Source: Antedon mediterranea (taxonomy: Eukaryota > Animalia > Echinodermata). Taken from it: 64,000 nucleotides of DNA. Every line of letters begins with the position of its first letter. Position 1 is the stretch's first letter. Made by a program: the position numbers and the translations under genes. The stretch is taken from positions 26,089,175 through 26,153,174 of the forward strand of contig NC_092677.1 of assembly GCF_964355755.1 (NCBI RefSeq), given 5' to 3'. Below the pieces are notes generated by a model. That model made no database searches and was not told the DNA's origin. It was given only the letters and a program-made list of their open reading frames with translations. Positions 52,701 to 64,000 of this stretch are shown in pieces.

Positions 52701-54385
52701 TATGGCTCTGAAATGCGACATTCTGATTTTCAAGAAACAGCTGGTGCTTGTGGTTTAGAAAGTACAGTCAGTGAGTCGGTTCCTCAAATAAGTGAACGTT
52801 GTTCGTTAGAAAAGATTGCTGTATCTTGTACTGATGTATCAAGTGTTCATCGCAATATGACATCTGGAACAGCCACTACCAGCTCGGCAACACCTTTTGC
52901 AAGAAATCATCAAGATTTCATTGAACCTCCGACAGCACAACCTCTTCAGTCCGTACCACCTAATTCCGATTTTTATGCTTCCAGCCAATTCCCAATAAAT
53001 ACTTTTAGTGACTTAAGTCAGTACCAAGCAAAAAATCCTCCACAGCTAATGACAAGTAGTTATGGCGATTCCAGTTCCCACCAAGCATTATACACGGACA
53101 ATAGAGTCAATTTTACTGGACAGCCAATACAAAATCCACATTATTTTGATAACAAACACCATCAAGGAGTTGGTATTCATGCACAAACTGCACAACCAAG
53201 GCCACCTCCTATAATACTCATAAGTAAGTAAAAACAATCAATTTAATATTACATCTAGTACCCTTTTCACATCTGGATAAATTTCTACAACTTGTAACCA
53301 GGTTTGATCTCCAAACTTATTACATGCATACTTGAACCCTGAGAAATCTTAAGAGAGAGCATAGTTGCACACTATTTGATTACTGTGATTGGTCTGTTTA
53401 ATATACGGTCGCGCACAGTAAGAACTCGGGAACAAAAACAGGCCCATCATCGGTGTGTTTCTCTTCCAGGATTTCACAAGGAACCTCTCTGAAATCCTGG
53501 AGATTTTCTACAAAATTGTATTCACACTGTGTAAACCTGGTTACAAGTTTTTACATTTTACAGATGTGAATAGGGTATTAGATTACGATCTTCAATCACG
53601 CTCTTCATTGGGATTTTCCAAAAATAAGCTTTTGGATGTTTTGATTGATTTATTTATTTATTAGAAATTCTACACAATAATCAATACAAATAAAGATTGA
53701 CGTAGTGGCATTGTTTTGCTTTGTTAGGAAGTTTTTATAATGTAAAATTCATTTCCTTCTGTATGCCTATTAAGCCTTGTCTACACTATCAAACTTTATG
53801 TGTCAAAAAAGTTTGATGTACCCATATATGGTAGTGTTATGCTTAAATATGGTAGTGATATGACATTATTATGTCCATATATGGGCACATCACATTTTTT
53901 TGACACATAAAGTTTGATAGTGTAGCCAAGGGTTTACTCACATAATAAGCTGGTATATTTATCATTCCATATAAATTGCTGTTTAGTGGGAAGTGGAAGA
54001 TTGACTTGAAATATTGGGAAACTTTGCAATTATCAGGTTACTTGAGAGGTCTGACTTATGGTGAATTTAGTAACTAAAATTTAAACGTTTTCTTTCAACA
54101 ACATTTACAGATTCTACCAGACCAATAGACTTTGACGTTATACGATGCATCAAGAGAAACCTTGGGCCAGATAAATTCAGAGATTTTGGAAGCGCTTTAG
54201 ATTTTTCAGATACAGAAATTGATGTAATAAAGTACAACTTTGACAGGGATGGCTATCAAGAGCAAGTTCACCAACTCATCAGAAAATGGAAAGAACGATT
54301 TGGAGCCCCAACAGTTCATGATATCGCCAAGTGTTTGTTAAGTATTAGACAAATTGACATTATACACAAATTAAATCAACTTTAG
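49702..54385 (+). CDS. RIPK1-like Ser/Thr kinase with C-terminal death domain, paralog A (long intermediate domain), about 662 aa
   Basis: join(49702-49910, 50189-50489, 50912-51092, 51589-51744, 51993-52084, 52449-53223, 54111-54385); GT-AG and phase-compatible. IGSGSFGKV, VAIK, HGDLKAEN, IGDLGLS, GTPTHMPPE, DVYSFAI, CWEHEPDERPDF; death domain FSDTEIDVIKYNFDRDGYQEQVHQLIRKWKERFGAPTV resembles RIPK1 [24 protein letters not shown]. Confidence 0.9.
51128..51530. repeat. 14-bp minisatellite in intron 3 of kinase A
   Basis: ATCTGCGACCTCAT, about 28 copies. Confidence 0.93.
53259..53577. mobile_element. TIR MITE in intron 6 of kinase A
   Basis: TACCCTTTTCACATCTG...ACTTGTAACCAGGTTT and AAACCTGGTTACAAGT...CAGATGTGAATAGGGTA are inverted. 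Confidence 0.65.
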
Positions 54386-55855
54386 TGCAAACTCTGTTTC
54401 CTGAATGAAAAAATAAAAAGCAATAGCAATAACACATATTAGTTATTAATTATATATGTAATTTGATAAATGTGTGGTAATTCCTACTGTATGGTATGTG
54501 AATAGGCCTTATGCAGTATTAACAGTATTCAATTTCACGTTTTCTGTGTTTGTGCTAAATTTGTAATCATGTTTTGATGTTAAACAGCTAATGATCTTTT
54601 TGTACCTTTACCATCATAACTCATTTGCTTTATGTAAACATTGATAATTAAAGTTGTTTACTGGATTATATTTTATATTTATTCAAATTTCATTTAAAAT
54701 TTAAATACATATTGTGCTCCTTTATTAAATTTTATTAGTTTTTGTTAATACTATAACTAGCAGATCATTAATTCAAAATATCCTTCTGCAGATTTTATCT
54801 GTCTGTAAATAATGTATTAAATAATGTGTATTAATAGTAATGTATAAATATTATAACACAATCCAATTTAAATTTACCTGCTATCAAATTGTATTATCCA
54901 CTTTACGGAATATATAATTAAAATGTGTTGTCCCGCAAAAACATGCAAAATGAAGATTAATTAAATCAGACTTTGTTTGAATAGGTTATTTTGTAGTTGT
55001 AATCAAGTATCAACATAATGTTTTCACTTATAAAATGACATAATAAATTGTTAAATTCAACCAAAAACACATTGGCTGGCAGTCCATTGTTGCTTTGAAT
55101 TACACTTTTTTCAGGTAAAGAATTTTTTTTAGATCCGATTTTTAGTCAAAGTGGATAACTATTTTACAATATCATATTTCTATAAAATGTACATAAATGT
55201 CCTATTTTTTTCATTGCAATATCATTACATTTTTTAAAATGAGTTTGTAAAATAAATAACAATATGACTAATAGACCTATGTGCCGCATAATATTTTAAA
55301 TAGAGGGATCTATTATTTATCATTTAACCAAGGACAGGGAATTGTTATTCAAAATGTAGATGTAAAACAGAAACATTATTTCCTTCTCTATGACCCAGTG
55401 CGGCGACCCTGCAAACATGACCTTTCTATAGACCATTCTATTAATGTGACTAGACGTGCTTCCTGCTTCTGTTTTTGAACTGTGGAGTCAGGTGTGTATT
55501 GATAATTATTTCTTTTTATAGTTTATGATATTTAAGAAACTAAACAGGTTATAGTACCAAACTATAGTCACTGTCTTATATTTTATATTGCAGTTTATAA
55601 CTTATATATCAGTCAATGGCAGTTGCAGAAACACTACCAACCTACAGGTACTCTGAGTAGCCTATAGCCAATAGTCAATAATTGATAATTAATATATAAA
55701 TAAGGCATACTTCTGCTTCAAATGTATTTTTAAGGCTTGCTATCAGAAATTGCAACAAATTTTTATTAATGTAAAAAATGTATTACTTTTTGTGTTTTGC
55801 ATTATATTGTACTCTGCATCTGCATTTTCCCCCCAGAAATTAAAAAGGTTTAAAA

Positions 55856-58800
55856 ATGGCTGACAAAATGGATGATCTAGCTTCTGAAATGAAATTAATT
55901 GGAATAAACAAAGGAACTGGTGACGACTTAAAATATGAGCGCCTAGACTCATTTAAATTTGACGATAATAATATTGGAAGCGGAGCCTTTGGAAAAGTGT
56001 TTAAAGCCCACCATCCTACCTACAATGATGTTGCTATCAAAATGTTAAAGAGTAGGTATGTGAACATTAAAAAATAAAATTAAACGTTAAAAACTAATCA
56101 GATTATCATTAGCACTATCTAAGGACAAATGCGAATTTGTATGGAATGTCGACGCACATAAGAAATTACCAATAAATATATGGAGAAGTGACCTTTTGGG
56201 TTCCCTTTCTATAAGTCTTAGTAAATCTTTTTGGAAATGTCATTTTGTACATCTTCCAACGTTTAAAGTTTTTTTCTTACAGAGATGAAGCTGAAAGAGA
56301 AGCCACACAAATGAAAAAACTCCAGCTTTATTCATGTCAAATTATTCATGTGTTATGTTTGGTCACTGATAACGACAAATTTGGAATTGTCATGGAATGG
56401 ATGACACTTGGAAGTTTAAGATCTTTTCAACAAAGAGTAAAACACATCCCATGGGCTCTTAGAATGAGAATGTTGAAAGATATCGCAGAGGGAATGTACT
56501 TCCTTCATCATCAAAAACCTCCAATTGTTCACGGAGATTTAAAAGCTGAAAATATCTTTGTCAATGAGAAGTTAGTTGTAAAGGTATTGCTTTAGTTATT
56601 TTTCATTTATCTTTGCTTTATCTGTAGGCCTTCTACCCCCACACTGATTTTTAAATTAGTGACTTTTAGGTGTTAGTGAACACGTGAATGAAGTCCATGT
56701 CCAAATGGGTTGTACTCAACTGTTACATATAAAGTGATAACATAAATTACTGACATTACAAATAAATACATTTATAAAAGATTTTCCATGATCGCCCAAA
56801 AAACTTATTAGCTTATTTCCATTGGTATTCTTTTATAATCTAAAATATAAACGTTACAAAGTATTGCATTAAACATAAATATAACAACAAGAATAATATA
56901 TATATATAAAACAAGTTAATTAAAAAGACTACAATTTACTTATAGTTATTTGGATGAACAGAAATGTGATTTTACATTTTTCTTAAAATTACTTTTCAAT
57001 TTGCTGAATGGATTGAGGTAGGTTATTCCATGCCTTTTTGCTTTGTATATGTGTTTTGATATATTTTCAATGGATAATAATTTTTAGTATATTACTGAAA
57101 GTGCCTATAATTTTTACAATACATATTTTAGATTGGTGATTTAGGACTTTCAAGAAGTATGGCTTCAGTAATGGACGTACCAGATAAAGCTGGTACACCA
57201 ACTCACATGCCTCCTGAATACTTTACAACTTTCTCTACCCGAAATGTTAAATGGGACGTTTATAGTTTCGCAATTTTGCAGTATGAAATTGGAAGTGGAG
57301 AAGAAGTGTACAAAGGTAGGTAGACTGTGAATTAGTATATAATTCAAGAGAAATCTATTTACACCCAAAAGCAAACAAGATTAGGAAAAACAAATGTAAA
57401 AATAAATTTGAATTACAAGTGCAATGTTCAAATGATTGGATAAATGCAGAATCAAATGAATATTATTTGGTACAGTTATTATAGTTGACAATTAATTACT
57501 TTCTTACTGTATTGGGTCTATACAATGAATAAGGTCTGCAGCCTAGTGCTTACACCGTGAGAAGCTTATTATACAACTACATACTAATTAATAATAAAGA
57601 AATCAATTCATATCATAAAACTGGACTCAGCTCATGTGTTACTTTGATATTTCCTCTATTAAATACTCAGCAAGAGTTCAACTGAACTTGTAAATTGTTA
57701 ATTTAAATACTTTATTATGTAACGTTTGTCTTTTAGATGTTGATAAAGGCCGACTAGAAAAAAATATTGTGAAAGGAATACGTCTTCCAATTGAAGATCT
57801 GCCCAAAGACACGCCATCTGTTGTCAAGGAGTTGATAGAAGAGTGCTGGAAACATGAGCCTGATAAAAGACCAGACTTTGAAAGTTAGTTTTTGGTTATT
57901 CTATTTTCTACTTCTATGCATGAACCCCAACATGAACAGGAAAACTCTGATAGAGATGCAACTGCTATTAACAAGCAGATTTAAATATCTACAAAACTTT
58001 GCATTGAAAACAAAGGCTTCTTCTATCTATTGTTTTTAGTTTAATTTCATTTCATTTTTAGATATAAAAACAAGAATTCAACAGGTATATAGCAATGTTT
58101 TTTGGAAGTTGATACATGAAGCCTACAGAATTTGTCAAGAACAGTTATCACAGGTAGGCCAAGATATCATGTAATTTTTGGATGAAATGGGCGTACTTGC
58201 TTACAGTTAGTGATGAGTAATCACTTTACCGAATTTAGAGATCTTTAATGTACTTGTTACCTTTTTATTTCTTTTGCTCTATAGGAACAAATTGATATTA
58301 GACCAAAAAATAAAAAACCTGTTACAGATACAGATGAGCAAGATTCTCAAGGGCCACATAGTATTCGTGGTTCAGAAACTCACGGATCAGCAGAAACAAA
58401 GCCATCTACTACCCCCACAGTTAAAAGTAAGTAAAAACATAGTACCTGCTGTGCTTATAGTTGTTAAGGGAGATTACAATCTTCCATCTCCAACAAACGT
58501 GATATGTACTGTAGGTACCTTTATGATAAACTTAGTTGCCAAATACATTACATTTTTGATTGTCTCATATCCTTTTAATCTATTTATAGATGGCACCCGA
58601 CCAATTGATGTTGATGTTATATTTTGTATCAAGAGAAAGCTTAAACCAGAAAATTTTACAGATTTTGGAAATGTACTTGGATTATCAGATGACATTAGTA
58701 CAATTAAGTATGACTATGACAGGTATGGCTTTCAAGAACAGGTTTACCAACTCATCTCAAAATGGAAGCAAAAATTTGGAGCCCCAACAGTTAATGATAT

Positions 58801-58870
58801 CGCCAAATGTTTGTCCAAAATTGACAGAGTTGATATTATACATGAATTAAATAAACTACCTATAGTATAA
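55856..58870 (+). CDS. RIPK1-like Ser/Thr kinase with C-terminal death domain, paralog B (short intermediate domain), about 448 aa
   Basis: join(55856-56055, 56283-56583, 57132-57315, 57737-57883, 58062-58153, 58285-58426, 58590-58870); intron positions and phases match paralog A. IGSGAFGKV, HGDLKAEN, IGDLGLS, death domain ISTIKYDYDRYGFQEQVYQLISKWKQKFGAPTV. Confidence 0.9.
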
Positions 58871-59061
58871 TATACCTAGAGACCCATGTCTACTTTTTTT
58901 TTAAAATGTGTCAGTTTTTGTTGAAAGTACTTAAATACACAGATTGTAATCAATATCATCCTCTGTTTATCATATGCATGATGTTTATGTAGAGCATCCT
59001 GTATATATGTTTGTCTTGTGAATGGGATTGCCACCTTTGAGAAGGATAGTGAATGAATTCA

Positions 59062-59164
59062 TTTGTGGTTATCCTTGGCAATTTGCCTAAAATGAGACTA
59101 ATAAAAAATCAAAATTTTGATTTTTTATTCTCATTTTAGGCAAATTGCCAAGGATAACCACAAA
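59062..59164. other. Near-perfect ~100-bp palindrome downstream of kinase B (probable 3' UTR)
   Basis: TTTGTGGTTATCCTTGGCAATTTGCCTAAAATGAG(ACT)AATAAAAAATCAAAA followed directly by its reverse complement. Confidence 0.85.
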
Positions 59165-60144
59165 AAAAAATCCATTATTTGTAATAAGACTGAAAATAAG
59201 AAACAATACAAGTTGTCTTATTGGCAATTTACGAAGGTATATCTTTTATGTCAAAAACTGCGTACTACCCACTTTTTGTTTAATTTTGAAAGAATAATAT
59301 GCCAATTAATACTGTTAAGAAAATACTGTAGATAAACATTTTTTTCAATGTATTTAATTCTTCTACATTTGGCAATCTAAAAATAGCAATGATAACAACT
59401 AATTACTCATTATAATTATATTACCGTAATTATAATTATTATAAGTTGATAATTTTATATGACAATAAATTACACTCGTTTCCATAAGTGTATATACTAT
59501 CTAAAATATTTAGTGTTTTATTGTTGTAAGTGCTTAAATTGTAAAGAAAAAGTAAGTCATGTTTTCATATTTTTTTTTTTTTAAACAATATTTGGTCAGT
59601 GCCCTTATTAATTGTTATTTACTGGACGGTATCATATTTTATATTATTTGTTCTTGGATTGTGCTAATTTTTTATATTTGCAAAAATAAATTATAAAATA
59701 TAATGAAAATTTAGTTCATCAATTTACTTTGAATGTGACATGTTGTATACAGTATTTAAAAGCTGAGTTAATTAACCACAATAGCGCCCTTATCGTGGTT
59801 TTGTGCACCAATCACAGCTGCTCTGCAGGCAGGTGGTGTGTATGTGTATTATACGGCCGGTGTAAGATTGAAATGTGTCCATCATTCAAAAGTGTCCGGG
59901 TGGACACTTTTCAGCATTGGATAGTGTCCAATTGCATGTTTCAACGGGTTCGCGGGCGTTTTCCAACAATTTAATGCTGTCCGGCGCGTTTAATAATGTC
60001 TGACCCTTGGATTGAATACCGTCCGTGGTTGAGATTTGAGATTCAGGTTTTGATCGTGATTGCGCATGCACTTGTCTTTTTTTAACGACCACTATTTGTT
60101 AATAATGCCAAACTAGTTTTTATTTTTCAAAGATAACTTGGCTT

Positions 60145-63100
60145 AAAACACCTCCAATTAGCGACCATTATATTATTTGGTATGAATAAAGACAAGAAGA
60201 ATAAATAACAATATAATAATAATCATGTAATAAAAACAAGTAATTATACTGGTCCTCTTCCAATTAAAGAACACTTTAGTTTAGACACTTCCAATTAGCG
60301 ACCATTTTTATTGTTTTGTATGAGTAAAGACAAGAGTAATAATAGTTTTTAATCATGTGACAAAAAACAAGTAATTGTACTGGTCCTCTTCCAATTAAAG
60401 ATCACTTAAAAATAAACACTTCCAATTAGCGACCGTTTTATTATTTTGTATGAGTAAAGACAAGAATAATAAATAGTTTATAATCATGTGATAAAAAACA
60501 AGTAATTGTACTGGTCCTCTTCCAATTAAAGATCACTTAAATTTAAACACTTCCAATTAGCGACCGTTATTATTGTTTTGTATGAATAGAAACAAGAAGA
60601 ATAAATAGATTTTAATCATGTGATAAAAAACAAGTAATTGTACTGGTCCTCTTCCAATTAAAGATCACTTTAATTTAAACACTTCCAATTAGCGACCGTT
60701 ATATTATTTTGTATGAATAAAGGCAAGAATAATAAATAGATTTTAATCATATGACAAAAAAACAAGTAATTGTACTGGTCCTCTTTCAATTAAAGATCAC
60801 TTTACTTTAAGACACTTCCATTTAGCGACCGTTATATTGTTTTGTATGAATAAAGGCAAGAATAATAAATAGATTTTAATCATATGACAAAAAAACAAGT
60901 AATTGTACTGGTCCTCTTTCAATTAAAGATCACTTTACTTTAAGACACTTCCAATTAGCGACCGTTATATTGTTTTGTATGAGTACAGACAAGAAGAATA
61001 AATAGATTTTAATCATGTGATAAAAAACAAATAATTGTACTGGTCCTCTTCCAATTAAAGGTCACTTTACTGTAAGACACTTCCAATTAGCGACCGTTAT
61101 ATTATTTTGTATGAGTACAGACAAGAAGAATAAATAGATTTTAATCATGTGATAAAAAACAAGTAATTGTACTGGTCCTCTTCCAATGAAAGATCACTTT
61201 ACTTTAAGACACTTCCAATTAGCGACCGTTATATTATTTTTTATGAATAAAAACATGAAGCATAAATAGTTTATAATCATGTGATATAAAATAAGTAATT
61301 GTACTGGTCTTCTTCCAATTAAAGATCACTTTACTTTAAGACACTTCCAATTAGCGACCGTTATATTATTTTGTATGAGTACAGACAATTAGAAGAATAA
61401 ATAGATTTTAATCATGTAATAAAAAACAAGTAATTGTACTGGTCCTCTTCCAATGAAAGATCACTTTACTTTAAAACACTTCCAATTAGCGACCGTTATA
61501 TTATTTTGTATGAGTACAGACAAGAAGAATAAATAGATTTTAATCATGTAATAAAAAACAAGTAATTGTACTGGTCCTCTTCCAATGAAAGATCACTTTA
61601 CTTTAAAACACTTCCATTTAGCGACCGTTATATTATTTTGTATGAGTACAGACAAGAAGAATAAATAGATTTTAATCATGTGATAAAAAAACAAGTAATT
61701 GTACTGGTCCTCTTCCAATTAAAGATCACTTTACTTTAAGACACTTCCAATTAGCGACCGTTATATTATTTTGTATGAGTACAGACAAGAATAATAAATA
61801 GATTTTAATCATGTGATAAAAAATAAGTAATTGTACTGGTCCTCTTCCAATTAAAGGTCACTTTACTTCAAGAAACTTCCATTTAGCGACCGTTATATTA
61901 TTTTGTATGAATAAAGACAAGAATAATAAATAGTTTATAATCATGTGATATAAAATAAGTAATTGTACGGGTACTCTTCCAATTAAAGGTCACTTTACTG
62001 TAAGACACTTCCAATTAGCGACCGTTATATTATTTTGTATGAGTACAGACAAGAAGAATAAATAGATTTTAATCATGTGATAAAAAACAAGTAATTGTAC
62101 TGGTCCTCTTCCAATGAAAGATCACTTTACTTTAAGACACTTCCAATTAGCGACCGTTATATTATTTTTTATGAATAAAAACAAGAAGCATAAATAGTTT
62201 ATAATCATGTGATATAAAATAAGTAATTGTACTGGTCCTCTTCCAATTAAAGGTCACTTTACTGTAAGACACCTCCAATTAGCGACCGTTATATTATTTT
62301 GTATGAGTACAGACAATTAGAAGAATAAATAGATTTTAATCATGTGATAAAAAACAAGTAATTGTACTGGTCCTCTTCCAATGAAAGATCACTTTACTTT
62401 AAGACACTTCCATTTAGCGACCGTTATATTATTTTGTATGAGTACAGACAAGAAGAATAAATAGATTTTAATCATGTGATAAAAAACAAGTAATTGTACT
62501 GGTCCTCTTCCAATTAAAGGTCACTTTACTGTAAGACACTTCCAATTAGCGACCGTTATATTATTTTGTATGAGTACAGACAAGAAGAATAAATAGATTT
62601 TAATCATGTGATAAAAAACAAGTAATTGTACTGGTCCTCTTCCAATTAAAGATCACTTTACTTTAAGACACTTCCAATTAGCGACCGTTATATTATTTTG
62701 TATGAGTACAGACAAGAAGAATAAATAGATTTTAATCATGTGATATAAAATAAGTAATTGTACTGGTCCTCTTCCAATTAAAGGTCACTTTACTGTAAGA
62801 CACTTCCATTTAGCGACCGTTATATTATTTTGTATGAGTACAGACAAGAAGAATAAATAGATTTTATTCATGTGATAAAAAACAAGTAATTGTACTGGTC
62901 CTCTTCCAATGAAAGATCACTTTACTTTAAAACACTTCCAATTAGCGACCGTTATATTATTTTTTATGAATAAAAACAAGAAGCATAAATAGTTTATAAT
63001 CATGTGATATAAAATAAGTAATTGTACTGGTCCTCTTCCAATTAAAGGTCACTTTACTGTAAGACACCTCCAATTAGCGACCGTTATATTATTTTGTATG

Positions 63101-63683
63101 AGTACAGACAATTAGAAGAATAAATAGATTTTAATCATGTGATAAAAAACAAGTAATTGTACTGGTCCTCTTCCAATGAAAGATCACTTTACTTTAAGAC
63201 ACTTCCATTTAGCGACCGTTATATTATTTTGTATGAGTACAGACAAGAAGAATAAATAGATTTTAATCATGTGATAAAAAACAAGTAATTGTACTGGTCC
63301 TCTTCCAATTAAAGATCACTTTACTTTAAGACACTTCCAATTAGCGACCGTTATATTATTTTGTATGAGTACAGACAAGAAGAATAAATAGATTTTAATC
63401 ATGTGATAAAAAATAAGTAATTGTACTGGTCCTTTTCCAATTAAAGGTCACTTTACTTTAAGACACTTCCATTTAGCGACCGTTATATTATTTTGTATGA
63501 ATAAAGACAAGAAGAATAAATACTAGTTAAGACAAGAAGAATAAATAGTTTATAATCATGTGATAAAAAACAAGTAATTGTACGGGTCCTCTTCCAATTA
63601 TAGATCACTTTAGTTTAAACACTTCCAATTAGCGACCGTTATATTATTTTGTACGAGTAAAGACAAGAAGAATAAATAGTTTA
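60145..63683. repeat. ~132-bp satellite array, about 27 copies
   Basis: ACTTCCAATTAGCGACCGTTATATTATTTTGTATGAGTACAGACAAGAAGAATAAATAGATTTTAATCATGTGATAAAAAACAAGTAATTGTACTGGTCCTCTTCCAATTAAAGATCAC. Confidence 0.97.
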
Positions 63684-64000
63684 CTTGTTTAATCCCCAAT
63701 CAATTAAAAGTTGCACCTTTTTATAATCAACACGATATAGCTGATCTCTTGAAAAAACATAATCAGTTTTACTGAAGTATTATGTTAATTGGTACATTGA
63801 TCGTCACATCGAGAATATGGTAGGGGTGTCACACTATGTGCGTCTAGGGTGAATGCAAAGATAATGACATCGATATAGCGCCACATCAACACGTTTTTAT
63901 GCACCTTTGGTGTAAGTATTTATTTTAGTATTTTGTCCTTAAATCAGAATTTATATTCAAAGAAAAAATGACTTGTTATGTAAAAAAACAACAATTCGGT

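Noticed and set aside
58274-58589. N-terminal part of the 198-aa ORF 58274-58870
   Set aside because: Only 58590 onward is the death-domain exon; exon 6 is in a different frame and the rest is intron
1-63683. Possible CRISPR arrays among the regular repeats
   Set aside because: Units repeat in full with no unique spacers, no cas genes are present, and the context is eukaryotic

Overview
AT-rich, intron-containing animal (invertebrate) genomic DNA, not prokaryotic. Manual splicing of GT-AG exons gives four protein-coding genes. (1) The terminal coding exon (1285-2676, +) of an unidentified acidic low-complexity protein that opens with a beta-thymosin/WH2-like motif. (2) A complete 11-exon class C orphan GPCR of the GPR158/GPR179 (CG31760-like) family on the minus strand (47801-13152, about 801 aa, 18.8-kb first intron). 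(3, 4) Head-to-head with it, two tandem 7-coding-exon RIPK1-like kinases (non-RD HGD, DLG motif, C-terminal death domain; about 662 and 448 aa). Neither kinase shows a RHIM, and their intermediate domains differ about 5-fold in length. The rest is a dense mosaic of non-autonomous DNA transposons (three PIF/Harbinger-type MITE families, Kolobok-like TTAA elements, hAT elements with perfect 8-bp TSDs, CACTG-ended elements, a HINE/DINE-like Helentron derivative), L2/CR1-type LINE 3' fragments, many minisatellites and a ~3.5-kb ~132-bp satellite. The most interesting candidate system is the RHIM-less long/short RIPK1-like pair. All family assignments come from motif recognition; no database search was run.
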